A stretch of DNA of 63,995 nt, filler included, from Piedraia hortae CBS 480.64 (GCA_010093745.1; 14 parts of 13 records of this genome joined end to end with filler, not necessarily neighbours in it); one strand, 5' to 3'. Positions 24,566 through 37,325 are shown, counted from the first letter of the whole stretch. A program made the numbers and translations. The notes: a model not told the origin generated them from the sequence alone.

Positions 24566-25945
24566 ATGGCCTGCTGTCTTCGTCTACGACTGCGACTGGG
24601 CCTGTGGCTGTCCATCTTTTTCATACTCCTAGAGCTGGTTGTGCGGTCCATCATTCTTGTGCTCCCTGAGCCTGTAATCAATCTCTTTTACCGCCTCTCG
24701 CGCCGCGCCTTCCATGCCTTGTCTCCTCGATGTTCGGCCAGCCCATCGTCCAATCCCATGGCCTCGGCGCAAGACTTCATCGATCTCTGTGCGATCTTCG
24801 ACTGTCCTGCCGAGGAGCACATTGTTCAGACCAAAGACGGCTACCTGTTGGGCCTCCACCGGCTGGGCAGCAACAGAACAAGTGACCGTCCAGTAGTGTA
24901 TCTTCATCATGGCCTCTTGATGAACAGCGAAGTGTGGATGTGTGCCACGACGCGGGAGCGTTGTCTGCCCATCCAGCTTCACGAAGCAGGCTACGATGTC
25001 TGGCTGGGAAACAACCGTGGGAACAAGTATAGCAAGAAAAGCCTGTACTCGGTGCCCACCGAGGCCAAGTTCTGGGACTTTAGCATCGACCAGTTTGCGT
25101 TTCACGATATTCCGGATTCGATCGATTACATCCTGTCTACCACGGGCGCCGCAAGCCTCAGCTATATCGGCTTCAGCCAGGGCTCGGCACAGGCATTTGC
25201 TGCTCTGAGCATCCATCCGGAGCTGAACAAGAAGGTCAACGTCTTTGTAGCTCTGGCGCCGGCCATGGCCCCGCCCGGACTTTCCTCAGGCGTGGTAGCT
25301 TCGCTATGTCAGTCCAATCCAGAGGTCTTGTACCTTGCATTCCGCCGAAAATCCATCCTAGGCTCGGCACCAATGTGGAGCGCACTTCTCGACCCTGGCA
25401 TATTCGCCTACTTCATCGACAAATCACTTCTTCACCTCTTCGACTGGCACATGCACAACATCTCGCAAGAGCAAAAACTCGCCGCGTATCCGCATCTGTA
25501 CTCCTTCACAAGCACGAAATGCGTCGTGCACTGGTTCCAGATTATCCGTAATGGAACGTTTCAAATGTTCGACGATGAATTCACCGCCACGCCGTGGCCG
25601 TGGTTGCACACTGCAAAGTATTATAAAGTGCCAAAATTCCCAACGAAGAACATATCCACGCCAATCGTACTTGTCTATGGAGGACGAGACTCCCTCGTCA
25701 ATATCGATATCATGAAACGTGAGCTGCCAAGCCATACGCTAGTCCGCAGAGTGGATGATTACGAACACTTGGATTTTCTCTGGGCGGACAGTCTCCATCT
25801 TAAGGTGTTTCCGTTTGTGCGTGAGGCCCTGCACAGGTTTGCACGGCTGCATAGGGAGAGGCTGGCAATTGAATCTTGTGATGCCCGTGTTGATTTTGAT
25901 CATATTGATTCTTATCATGTTGGACCGCAGGAGGCTGTTTCTTAG
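24566..25945 (+). CDS. Alpha/beta-hydrolase lipase / sterol esterase (Tgl1/Yeh-like)
   Basis: EEHIVQTKDGYLLGLHR, HHGLL, YDVWLGNNRGNKYS, nucleophile GFSQG, YEHLDFLWA; N-terminal hydrophobic helix. Confidence 0.93.
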   Translation: MACCLRLRLRLGLWLSIFFILLELVVRSIILVLPEPVINLFYRLSRRAFHALSPRCSASPSSNPMASAQDFIDLCAIFDCPAEEHIVQTKDGYLLGLHRLGSNRTSDRPVVYLHHGLLMNSEVWMCATTRERCLPIQLHEAGYDVWLGNNRGNKYSKKSLYSVPTEAKFWDFSIDQFAFHDIPDSIDYILSTTGAASLSYIGFSQGSAQAFAALSIHPELNKKVNVFVALAPAMAPPGLSSGVVASLCQSNPEVLYLAFRRKSILGSAPMWSALLDPGIFAYFIDKSLLHLFDWHMHNISQEQKLAAYPHLYSFTSTKCVVHWFQIIRNGTFQMFDDEFTATPWPWLHTAKYYKVPKFPTKNISTPIVLVYGGRDSLVNIDIMKRELPSHTLVRRVDDYEHLDFLWADSLHLKVFPFVREALHRFARLHRERLAIESCDARVDFDHIDSYHVGPQEAVS

Positions 25946-26208
25946 CTTACAAGGCGTTGGTTTTTCATACTTGTTCATTAAGAGTTGTAATGTGTTAACA
26001 CGAAATCTAGAAGGGTCTGGGCGTTGTCTTGACAGGAAGACTGCGAAGAGGTTGCATCTATGAATGTGAAGATCTGAAAGATGAGATGGAAAAGTCTGTT
26101 TGATATGACCCAACGTCAGGGATGTTAGATCGACAGACACTAGCACCGACATGGCTAGCCTCGAGAACACAAACAGCAATGAATTACAGGTCGAAGGGCT
26201 ATGTAGGT

Positions 26209-27438
26209 TTAGAAATCGGCAAACATACTCTCGTACTTTGCTTGCATTTCCTGTGCCCCGTTAGCCAGCTTCCCCATGCAATGAGTGAAACGTACCTTTG
26301 TATAATGATCCTTGGGCGTAGGCTCAGGAGCGTATTCGTCAAAGTTGCGCGTATCGTCTGGCCCGGTCAAATGGGGCACTATGGGCCCTTGCATCTGCCG
26401 ATGATAAAGAGCATCCCAGTCGATTCCCTCGAACCATGGGTGTGACCGCACGGTGCCGGCGCCGCCTTTAACGTTACCCAGCCGCTTGCTAACGTCTGCC
26501 TGGCACAGTTGAGAGATGATGTCGCGCGCCAATTCCGGCATTGCCGATGGGAATCGCAACTTGCCTTGAACGATTTGTTCGTAAATCTTCATCGGGTTCT
26601 GGTCCCAGAAGGGAGGTTGGCCAACGAGAAACTCGTATATCAAGATGCCTAATGCCCACCAGTCGACGGATGTGCCATGTCCAGTGTTGCGGATGACTTC
26701 TGGTGCAAGGTATTCGGGTGTGCCGCAGAGCGTATATGTCTCGCGGTTTATTCTCTTGGCAAAACCGAAATCAACGAGCTTCAAGTGTCCCTCGGCATCG
26801 ATGAGGATATTTTCCGGCTTCAAGTCGCGATATGCGATTCCTTCCTTTTCGTGCAGAAATTCGAAGATCAGAACAACCTCGGCGGCATAGAAGCGCGCTG
26901 TGGGCTCGTTGAATCGCTTGGCCCGACGTAGATAACTAAACACCTCTCCTCCAGGACAATAATCCAACAACATATACAGCGTTTCCGGATCCTGGAAACT
27001 TGTGACCATTGTGGTGATGAACGGGTGGCCAGCCACCTTTGCGAGGATATTCCTTTCATTCCTCACATGTTCCACTTGCTTGAGCCGCACGACGTCGGCT
27101 TTCCTCAGGATCTTGAGCGCAAACACCTTGTCACACTTTTCGCTGCCCTTCTTATCGTTCAACTTGACCAGCCAGACGCGCGCAAATGTGCCGGTGCCAA
27201 GCGTCTTGATTAGGTTGAAGTCGTCTCTGCGCAGGTACTTTGAACTATGACCGACGGGCTTCTTCTGCGGATCAACCATGACTTGTTCAGGCTCCAGCGG
27301 CTCTTTCACCCGTTCCCAATCGACCAGCTGCTGGCGCTCCTGTTCATGCGCCAGCGACCCCATTCGCGACTCCCGCTCTCCATTGCTGTGACTATGGCTA
27401 AGCCGGTGCATCAGCTTGCTAACCACTGCCGGCGCCAT
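26209..27438 (-). CDS. cAMP-dependent protein kinase catalytic subunit; probable in-frame 45-nt intron near 26251-26295
   Basis: GTGTFARV, VRLKQVEHV, YRDLKPEN, DFGFAK, TYTLCGTPEYLAPE, DTRNFDEY, C-terminal FADF. Confidence 0.95.
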   Translation of the reverse strand: MAPAVVSKLMHRLSHSHSNGERESRMGSLAHEQERQQLVDWERVKEPLEPEQVMVDPQKKPVGHSSKYLRRDDFNLIKTLGTGTFARVWLVKLNDKKGSEKCDKVFALKILRKADVVRLKQVEHVRNERNILAKVAGHPFITTMVTSFQDPETLYMLLDYCPGGEVFSYLRRAKRFNEPTARFYAAEVVLIFEFLHEKEGIAYRDLKPENILIDAEGHLKLVDFGFAKRINRETYTLCGTPEYLAPEVIRNTGHGTSVDWWALGILIYEFLVGQPPFWDQNPMKIYEQIVQGKLRFPSAMPELARDIISQLCQADVSKRLGNVKGGAGTVRSHPWFEGIDWDALYHRQMQGPIVPHLTGPDDTRNFDEYAPEPTPKDHYTKVRFTHCMGKLANGAQEMQAKYESMFADF

Positions 27439-28798
27439 CTCTTCACCTTAACCCCCCGGGGGGATAATAGGTAGAGTTGCGTAATATATATGCACCCAGG
27501 TGGCTGATAGGTAGCCTCATCACGTCACCATCCAGGGCTGGGATTGAGATGACACATCACGTGCCCCGCCAGTGATTGCCGACGCTTTGCCGTTTCCGAC
27601 GTCCAAATCCCGCGATGTCAGCGTTCCTTGCTATGTTGCACCCGTTTGCGGCGTGGCAGGGCGCTCGCAGCTGTCCTTGCTTGGGGCAACGGGCTGGGAT
27701 GGCCTCGAAATAGATTTCACTTCTGTTTCATGACTCGGTGACGCTGTTAACACGCACCGTCTGACTCCTTTAACCTCCTTTTCACCGACGTCAGATCGTA
27801 GGTCGTCATCGTGTTCCGCGCCGTTGTTTCGCCCGTCGATCAACGGTGTGCAGCAAATGGCTTGGCTCAGCGTATTACATATCTTCCTCTTTCACAGTCT
27901 CCCATAAACAGCCCGACGTTGGCATTCTGCAACGTCAGGCAATACAATTCGGATATGAATCTTAAGATAGGGTACTGAAACGTTATTGAAGCGTCTGACA
28001 AGGTTGAGCCGTTGAACCATCTGCGTTCGAGCAAACTGTCAGCCCATTCTCGAAGCATTCGTTAAAGCTGTCTTCTTTCTGACACAAGTCATCTCCAGTT
28101 GGTAGTGCTTAGCGGCTTTGGCGAGAAAATAACGCGCACAACATAGCTGTTGTGGACGGACAAAGCACCACAGAGTTGCAAATGGTTGACTCAAATGGTT
28201 GACACAATTTCCTTTGGAGGGTCGTGAAGCCCCCGTTTCCACCCTCTTGCGACATATCCGAGTCTCATCATCTGGATATGTCAGATGAAGCACAAGAATG
28301 GTTGACAGTTTGCTACGGTGAAAGTGACTGCTCTCATCCACCACGCTAAAGCAAACCTGGACACAAATGTGTGAAGGGGGAGGAGAGCCATGCTCTTCAG
28401 CCCAGACAAACCAGCGGAATCACTAAACGGTCCAGATCTATCAATTCTCAGCTTGAGTTGAAGAACTAGCCCAGCCAGTCTTGCGATGACAATATGTCCG
28501 TGTATGAGCATCAGACCAGCAGGGTAACGGTGCACACGGTCGTTACTCCGTGGGGAGCTGTTGAACGGCTTTTCAGCCACCATGGGCTGCAAAATCCAAA
28601 CATCCCCAAGAACTAAGAAGCTAATCCCACCCGATATCTTGGTACCCCAACTCCCAACCCATACTTTAATCCCCACGTAACCTCCCCAAACATTCCCAAA
28701 AATCACATGCCCTACCCATCGATCATGAACCTGTCAACGCTATATATAACCACCCCCTATATAACCACCCCCTTTAACGAACCCAACAACAGCTCGAC

Positions 28799-29353
28799 AT
28801 GCAAGCAGCATTCCGGCCCAAACTCCGGGCACGGGGTTTCATCCTCCTCACAGACGAAACCTTTGAAATCCGCACTTCTCGAAACCGCATCCACCACCTA
28901 GCCCGCAAACTTCAGAAACTCCTCCTCCCTCCTCGTTCCTTGAATCACCCACCTTTGGACGATAGAGCCCACGACATCGAACTCCTCGACCTCGGAAAAC
29001 AACGTCCCGGTGTATCCACCCTCAGAAAACTCGCCTCCATATCTCAACGATCCTTGGATATCTCCCTCCGCCTCGCAAGAATCTCGGCGGTAGCGCAACA
29101 GAAACCGCAGAGTCGCGATGATTGGAACTTTGTCCAAGCAAGTACGGATCTTGTAGATGCTAGTCATAACCTCGTGGAAGCGAGTAGGGATTTGGTCGAG
29201 ATTAGTGGGACGCAGATTAGGAGTAGCAGGGAGTTTGTGGATGCAGTGAAGGTCCTGGCTAATACGAGATTGGCACTTGCGGAGGCGATGAGGGAGCTCG
29301 CGGAGGTGAGTAGAGGGATTAGTGAGGGGATGGGGGTTGTGGTTCTTGATTAG
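28799..29353 (+). CDS. Hypothetical protein with heptad coiled-coil C-terminus
   Basis: 184-aa ORF with repeated LVxASxD heptads; TATA-like sequences upstream. No recognised family. Confidence 0.45.
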   Translation: MQAAFRPKLRARGFILLTDETFEIRTSRNRIHHLARKLQKLLLPPRSLNHPPLDDRAHDIELLDLGKQRPGVSTLRKLASISQRSLDISLRLARISAVAQQKPQSRDDWNFVQASTDLVDASHNLVEASRDLVEISGTQIRSSREFVDAVKVLANTRLALAEAMRELAEVSRGISEGMGVVVLD

Positions 29354-29732
29354 AAGAGGGGGGGTAATGTTTTTTTTCCTGGGGGGTTGGATGGGTGAGT
29401 GGGTGGGTTGGGGATGTACGTGGAGGGATGGGTGTCGTGCTTGGGGTACGATTTGGCTTTGTATGATGGGTGAGATCTAGAGGATATACTTGAGAGGATA
29501 GTAGAAGGACTGGTACGTTTCACAGGGGATTGTATTCAAAGCCTCGAGACATGTCACTACTGGTTTCCGAGCTATGGACCACCCATTCCTCACGTTCATT
29601 CGCGGCTGCCATCTCACGCAAGGAAGAGTGAGATGCCTTCGTTTCGGAATAACGGAGGGTAGAGTCCATGGGAACTTCTTATTCCATGCCCTTAAAAAGT
29701 TTTCTAGTGGGTTGAGTAGTTATATCTTATAC

Positions 29733-30778
29733 TTTGCTTTTTTGTTTTATTGCATTTTATGTCTATATATGTCCCTATTGGGTGCAAGACGGCGGGGTTA
29801 AACCCCGCCGTTCAGGGTATAAGCCACCTAACCGATCCCACCTGTCACTTTATGAGCTTAATATATTCTGTGTCTTCTTATGCGTTGCGGCCGGTCGTCT
29901 CGTCTTGACTTGGCAGCTGGCGCTGTGGGCATATAGAGTTGAAGAAGTTGGTGTGTTTGAGGAAAAGCTGGAAGGCCTGAGCTCCGTCTGCGGTCAAAAG
30001 GACCCACGAAACGCCTAGACGAGGGTCTGAGCATCTCAGCGCCCCTGACTGCCTGCGGCCCTTTGCGAAATTTCCGTTGCCGGTTCTGCACGCAACAAAG
30101 ATGAGACAGGATGGGGCGAGAGAGTTATAGCTCTTTCGGCGGCTTGGTCGATATACCAATTGCGAGGTCTTGGTATGACCTAGGCGCATTCCCTGCCCAC
30201 CATGTTCGCATAGGTCCCACGTGCGATGCCCGAGCAATGCGCCTAATGTGAGGGTGTGAAGGTTGTCTGAGGCCTGGCCCTCTGCTGGGATGTCTCGCCG
30301 CTCCGGCTTTGGCCACAGAGTCGGCTACCTCATTCCCTGCTATGCCTGAGTGTCCGGGCAGCCAGTGTACATTGATTTTGCCGGGTTGGACAAATGCCAT
30401 CCTTTCGCGTGACTGCCATCTTTCGGCGAGGTTACGGAACTCCAGGATTGAGGCTTGACTGGTGTCGGAGGGCATCGCGAGGCCCCGGAGGCAGTCTGCC
30501 CCTCCCTGCTTGTCGAGTAGGACGTGAGCATTGTCGGCCAGATGCGTGCAGGTGCGGCCCATAATGGCGTACAGAGCGGCCAGAGCGTCCTCTACCTCTG
30601 TATCATACACTTCGCATTGAGTGCCTAGAGGTTTCGCCTCGGTCGCGACTCTGTGGCCACCCTGGTAGACGATGAACCCGTATCCCGTCCTGCCATCTTC
30701 AAGTTTCGAGCCGTCTGTGAATGCGAGAATGTCCTTGGGACTGATGTTGTTTAGAAATGGGAGGGATGAGGGGTCCAA
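29733..30778 (-). mobile_element. 5'-truncated LINE (Tad1-like): RNase H domain, C-terminal region, 3' UTR and A-rich tail
   Basis: AFTDGSK, EVYDTE, VHWLPGHSGIAGNEVADSVAK, ACRTGNGNFA; hairpin at 29789-29811; A-rich tail about 29733-29760. Confidence 0.88.
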
Positions 30779-31031
30779 TTCGGCTCCAAGGTTCTACTTG
30801 TAGGAGATGGGAGAGGGATCAGGTCCAAGAGGAGAGGTCTCGGGCAAGGCGGGACGAGATCCACAGTTCTGTTACATCTTATGCGTCTTGGATGGATTGG
30901 TGTGAAGAATTTTCAGCTTCACGTGACTTGTATCAAAATCGGGTGTACAACGAGCAGAGTCAGCAACTCAGAGACGCCTCAGCATCGCACATTATTCATT
31001 TATAAACAGACCATCAGTCCTTTACAGCCAT

Positions 31032-31677
31032 CTACTCGCAGATGCCAATGACGCCGCAAGCGGGACGCGTGCCAGCATTGCCCGTCTTCTTGCTCTCGGC
31101 ATTGCCGCCCTTGCCCAGGTCGTCGGTGCCGGCATGAACGACAACTGTGCGGCCAATGACGCTCTCCGGGCCAATCAATTTGACAAACTTGTCCGTAGTC
31201 TTGCCCTGCGCTGTTCCCTGACCATCGGTCTTGACGTTGCCAAGGTCACCCACATGGCGGTCCGCATCGGTCGGCGCGCCGTGCTCCTTGTTGTGCGGGT
31301 TGACTGGATTGGTAAGCTGGATTAATCGATGCGATGAGAATAGACGACGTACAGTGAGGTCCGGCGGAGGTACAGCCGTTGGTGTTGTCTCCGTAAGCAT
31401 GAACGTGCATGCCCCGCTCAGCGTTGGGATCATTTCCGGTAATGTTCCAAGTGATGGTCGTCAGGGACGACTCGGACTCCTGCTCAAACTGAACAGTGCC
31501 CTTGACGTTGGAATCGCCACGAACGACAGCAACTGCGAACGTTAGCCATGACGTTTCGGCAGTAGTGGATCTACGTCGTCGAATAGAAAGCCTCGCGTCA
31601 GGAAAACTTGCTCAAGCCGGCAGGGGTAATGTGCTCAAGTGATGTGGGCCGGGGCGCCACGTACCTGCTTTGACCAT
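31032..31677 (-). CDS. SOD1: Cu/Zn superoxide dismutase, two introns
   Basis: [11 protein letters not shown]...[24 protein letters not shown]...RHVGDLGNV...[14 protein letters not shown]...[14 protein letters not shown]. Confidence 0.97.
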
Positions 31678-31800
31678 CTTGACTAAGTGTTTGGCTTCTG
31701 TTCCGTTGGATTAGACAACTCTTGACAAGTGTTACAGGTGTTACAGGTAAGAGGGAGAGGAAGAGATGGAAAAGCGTCGGCGGGGTAGAGGCCCCGCCTT

Positions 31801-31808
31801 TGACGTCA
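31801..31808. promoter_or_regulatory. CRE/ATF site TGACGTCA upstream of SOD1
   Basis: Perfect palindrome about 125 bp upstream of the SOD1 ATG in a 171-bp intergenic gap. Confidence 0.5.
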
Positions 31809-31848
31809 TCGATGATAAAACGGATGTATCGGAAAGGCTAATGACAAC

Positions 31849-32870
31849 CTATGACTGAATCTTCTGCTTCAAAATCCCTTTCAGGGTGATGGCGTCAGCA
31901 GCGAATTTGCTAATACCCTCCGACAGCTTGTGCACTGCCATCGGGTCTTCATTGAAATCGAAACGGAAGAGAGCCTCATCGTTGATGTAGCTCTTCTTTT
32001 CAATGTTCAATGACGAGGCTTCCGCGGCCTTAAGCTTCTGAGGCACCGCGTCTTGGCTTCCATAGAGCTCCTCGAGGAGGTTGGGAGAGATAGTAAGATA
32101 GTCACAGCCCGCGAGCTCAGTGATCTCACCGATATTGCGGAACGAAGCCCCCATCACAATGGTCTTGTAGCCAAACTTTTTGTAGTAGTTGAAAATTTCC
32201 TTCACGGACTTGACGCCAGGATCATCTTCCTTGCTGTATTCCTTCTTCTGGTTGGCCTTATACCAGTCAAGGATACGACCAACAAATGGAGAGATGAGGA
32301 AGGCACCAGCCTCGGCAGCAGCAATAGCTTGGGGAAGTGAGAACATGAGCGTGAGGTTGCAGTTGATGCCGTGCTCCTTTTGTAGCTTTGCTGCGGCTTT
32401 GATACCTTCCCAGGTCGATGCCAGCTTAATCAGAACGCGGTCCTTGGAGATGCCCTTCTCCTTGTAAAGGTCGATGATGTGCAGCGCCTTTTCAATGCTG
32501 GCCTTTTCATCAAACGAGAAGCGGGCGTCAACCTCTGTCGAAACTCTGCCAGGCACAATCTTCAAGATTTCGCTTCCAAACTGCACAAGCAAGTTGTCCA
32601 GAGCTGAATCGACCTGCTCATCAATCGACTTGCCGTGCTGCTTGCCATAGGTGATGGCATCGTCAATCAGCTTTGCGTATTCACTCTTCTTGGAGGCAGC
32701 AAGAATCAATGACGGGTTGGTCGTGGCATCTTGGGGCTTGTACTTTGCAATCGTGGCAAAGTCACCGCTGTCGCAAACAACGGTCTACAAGAGGTTAGCA
32801 GCGGTTGGCTTCTGTAATCAGCGCACACACTGTACCAGCTGCCTTCAACTGATCAAGGGACGAAGGCATG
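31849..32870 (-). CDS. TAL1: Transaldolase, one intron near the 5' end
   Basis: [22 protein letters not shown]...[55 protein letters not shown]. Confidence 0.97.
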
Positions 32871-33641
32871 ATTAGTCGTGTCAAAGGAGACAGAATCTTC
32901 TCTTCAGCTGGACATAGGCCCCGCGCGGGGTTATGACGTAGATAGAGGCAGAGTGGATCACTAATGACGCAACCTGGAGAGGTCGAGAATCTTTTCGGCG
33001 CAATGATTTCGCCGAAATCTATCATGCAACAGCGCTGGTAGCGAAGCGCAGAAGAGCGGCAACGCATTTTCTCGCATCTAGCTTCCAGATTTCAAACCGA
33101 TCAATCATCATTGTGTACTCAGAGAGGCGAGAATGATGGACTCGTTGTATCAAAAAGGCAAGAAATCAAATCTGTCTAATAACGATTTGCACTGTGCAAT
33201 GCTGTGGTGATCTTTATGTATCCTGCTCGTGTGTCACGATAAGGACGAGGGGTCCGGGTCGAGGGATCGATGAGGGACAAGGGTGAAGGGCTCAAAGCAA
33301 TGGGCTATGGACGAGAGGACTGCGTAGACCCTATGTAGACAGAACAAACGCATGAAGAGGAGAAGAGAAAAAGTCAGTGCCGCTTGAGTATGTGCTGCAG
33401 AGTGGGGCCACTAGACTCGGGCCGTGGACGGACCGGACTCTTCCGCATGAAGTAGGCCCTGAGTTCCGACATCGTGCAGGGTTTCTGAAACCGCTTCTGG
33501 AATATCCCTCTATGGCACCCAACTTCTTGCTGGAGTTTGAATGTTTCTGTAGCAACACGATTGCTCCACACTGCTTTAGGTTCTGTGTAATCTTGGTTCA
33601 CGAAGGTGGGTACGGAATATCATACACCACTATACAGCAGA

Positions 33642-34340
33642 ATGACCAGCATTTCTACGAACGTTGATAAGTCTCCGGTCAGAAAAATGATCCAAACGGG
33701 CGGCAATTGTAGAATTAGAAGGATAGATAATATTACGTTTAAGACGCCTTTGCACCTCAGCGGGGATAGCGAATGCGATGGCGGTTATATTGACCATGTA
33801 AAGGCTGGACATTTTCGAGCAATGAAGGATGCGATTGCAATCTACCAACAAATTTGGCCTCATCTAGGCTTGCTAAGTGGCTTTGAGGCTGTTGAGGATG
33901 GATTCAGCATGGAGTTCCTCCCGCGAGGGTGCTTGGAAAAGTTCATTACCAATCAAGATAGCCAACGTCTCAATGAGGTCCAAATGCACAACTGGTTCTT
34001 GCAATTAGCGACGACTTTTTTCCCCACGTTCACAAGTCAAAACTCCTCGTTATCGACATCGCGAGACGCAACATCCTGGTCGCAAATGATAGCTCTCTCA
34101 AACTCATCGATTTCGGTCAATCCGACCTTTTTAAAGAGGACCACGAGAAACCCCTGGTCATTCACGATAACTGCACTGTCAAGATCGACATATTTCACCT
34201 CGGAAACCTCCTGCACATGATTGCAACGTTAAAAAAGTTTGAGCGCAATCTATTACATGGAAAATGTCGGATCCCAAAGCTGGACACCATGCCAGCCCTT
34301 AGGGGTGTCTTTGGTGTTGTTGAGAAGTATCGGTGCCATA
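33642..34340 (+). pseudogene. Degenerate protein-kinase-like gene (frameshift near 34020)
   Basis: MEFLPRGCL, then in another frame HVHKSKLLVIDIARRNILV...LKLIDFG...KIDIFHLG. Confidence 0.7.
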
Positions 34341-34902
34341 CCTCGGGTCTGATAGCAAAGACTATACGAAAAAAACATCCTGTATAGCAAAATACTCAAA
34401 GAGCATAATAAAGAGGACAGTGGGGCAATGGAGTAATATTTGAAATTGTTTGAACAAAGAAGCTACTTGTATATAAACTCGCTGCTGAACATCAGAAAAA
34501 ATAATTTTGTAAAAACTCAATTTCCAGAACGATTACGCTATGCAACAACTATCTTCCAACGTTTGGTAGGAAGTACATTCAAATATATCGGACTAGTCAG
34601 TATGAGAGCACGGACGATCTTGTGACGGAGTTGAAAAGCTGCGGACATATCAATTATCTCATGATTTAATTATCGGTATTCTTCGAACTGAATGCATCTT
34701 CCTTGCCGTTTTGATTGAACGCAAACTTTCAAAGTTTTCAGGCTTCCGTTAGCAATTATATGAAAGCCAAGACCACGGATCAAAGCTCAACGTTGAACCG
34801 TCGAGCAGAAAGTTGAGCGATCGATTCGCGATCCTCCTGATTGGTCAAGGCGGAACAATTCAGACTTTCTTCCGGGACCCTACGGGAGGACGAGAAAGAG
34901 TT

Positions 34903-34965
34903 TATTATAATTGTGAGCAGATGTGTACCTGCATACAAATCTCTACGGAAAACTAGTTGACGCGT
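34903..34965 (-). repeat. Partial Copia LTR (3' end) at contig end
   Basis: Matches LTR consensus. Confidence 0.95.
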
Positions 34966-35065
34966 NNNNNNNNNNNNNNNNNNNNNNNNNNNNNNNNNNN
35001 NNNNNNNNNTTAATTAATTAANNNNNNNNNNNNNNNNNNNNNNNNNNNNNNNNNNNNNNNNNNNN

Positions 35066-35124
35066 GTCAACTAGTTTTCCGTAGAGATTTGTATGCAGGT
35101 ACACATCTGCTCACAATTATAATA
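35066..35124 (+). repeat. Partial Copia LTR (3' end) inserted into a Gypsy relic
   Basis: Matches LTR consensus, ends ...ATTATAATA. Confidence 0.95.
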
Positions 35125-35270
35125 CATGCGTGTGTACACCGATGCTTCAGGATTTGCCACGGGGGCCATGGCCTTCCAGGACTCTCGCCCCATTGCCGTC
35201 CTTTCCAAGGGCCTCTCGGCTGCTGAACGGAATTACAACACATCCGAGCGCGAACTTCTGGCCTGGATGC
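35125..35270 (+). mobile_element. Ty3/Gypsy RNase H fragment
   Basis: VYTDASGFATGA...RPIAVLSKGLSAAERNYNTSERELLA. Confidence 0.88.
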
Positions 35271-37325
35271 CGCGTGCATCTCCAGTTTCGTGGGCTGGCC
35301 ACCCGTTCAATCTTCCACACTATGATCCAACCGATGAAAAGGCTGACAGCAGAGCCAAATAGCACGTCAGGGATACCAGACAATTGAGGCAACCTTTGCG
35401 GAACTAGGCAAGCCTTTTGCACCGTGAGCAACTAAAACCCAATGGCGTCCAAAACACTTCCCAGTGCAATGACAAGCTGAAAAGCGGTTGTACAAGAATT
35501 TACGTTTACTGGCATAATCCAATGAAAAGTCTGTGGCTGCAAAAGTCAATGCTGAAGCCCAACGGCAGACTCGTCTCTTGCAGGCCATCGGAGAACTTGA
35601 AGTTACACCCCCCCGCCCTCCCTTCTCTCTCTCAAGAAGTTTCCGCACAAGAGGAAGGGTACGTCACGATGGAATCGGTTCTCCGTCAGAATTGCCGACC
35701 ATTCCTACCACAGGGATCGCGAATAAGTGTTTTGAATAGAAAGATTGGGCGACTGTGGAGGGGTGAAAAGATAAATTGTAAGTCACTATTCTTCCTCTCA
35801 AGGACTGACTTTATATACAATAAATTCCGATGCTCCCAGCCTTCCGTTGAGGAGCCCAACCTCTTTCCTACCTCTTCACCAGCCTTTTCTCTAACCACCC
35901 CAACCTCTGCAGATTATTTGTCTTAGTGCGTAGGTCAACTTGGTGCTGGAAGCTACCGAGGAGCAACATGACCAGCGTCAGCTTAGTCTCAACAATAAGC
36001 CAGTCAAAACATCACACGTCCACGAATACAAGCCTGGGCAAAGAGGCCGTTCGCACGTCTAAGGGGCAAGTCAAGGGCTACGAACCGACTGAGAGAGACC
36101 GCCCAGTAGTCAATATATCTCTCTGCACCGGCTCACATTTCGTATGATGAACGAAGAGCCCACGGCGCCGGAAGAGATTTCTCGCGCCATGACAAGGCGG
36201 CAAGTCGTTTGGGAGAGGGCTGTGTCCTCCGGGGGGGCGTTTGGACAAGTATCTCTGCGTGCAAGAAATTCGCCAGCGAACTAGTCTCGTAGTATAGGGG
36301 AAGACTCGTCTCGGGCTTGCAGTTTGGACCATGGGCACTCTCCTTCATCCTAAAGNNNNNNNNNNNNNNNNNNNNNNNNNNNNNNNNNNNNNNNNNNNNT
36401 TAATTAATTAANNNNNNNNNNNNNNNNNNNNNNNNNNNNNNNNNNNNNNNNNNNNCATTACCCCAACTTTGCACAGAAGACCGGGTCTTGCGGAAACGGA
36501 ACCCATTCCGGTGGAGGATTTCCTCTGCCATAAGCTCGGTGACTTCATTCAGAGGGCTGCGGCAGACCATCGCCAAGCCGAGCAGAAAGTTCATCGAGGT
36601 TGAAGTAGCCCGAAAGCGTTGCTTTGCGCTTGTGAGCAGACAGTTTTATAGAGGCAATTGGTTTTGTGAATGCCTACTGGAGTGTTCCATTCTTCGATGG
36701 CCTCTGAGAATCGGTCGAGGTTGTCAGACTTCCAACGCTCGATTACTTCTTAATGCCTCTTGTTGCTATACGTGTTTTCTGTTATACTGGTCTTTTTCAC
36801 ACCGGAATTTGAAGTCGTCGAAGTCACTACAATCACGCAGCACACCAGAGGTGCGACCAGGAGTTAAGTGGAAGCTGCTGACATGTCACATCTCGTCTTT
36901 CCAAGCGCGATAAGGCAACGAAGGTGTGCTAATGGTGAATAGGGTTTTGCGAACGCGTTCAGAATACACTGTTATAGGGTAGGAGTCGGTAGGCGGAGCG
37001 GCCCATGCCGCTGATGCGTTCACGTTGGCGGTAGATAGTTCTAGGAAGATATCTCAGTCTCGTTTCCGCCGACTTGATCTGAGAGTCACCTTTTTACTGA
37101 AAACCTTGTTCCATTGATGGCGCGATGATATAATCACAGGCGAGCTGATGATTGCGATGAAAGATCGAGGCTTCGCTCCACCCACTAACAGATGCAACAT
37201 GAGAACACATTATGACTGGTTAATAGGCTAGAAGACAAAGGTATATGTTAAGATCGAGTTCACGCTGCTCACCATGCACTTGAATAACAGGGCCAGAAAC
37301 AAAATGTATCAAGTACTTACAAAAT

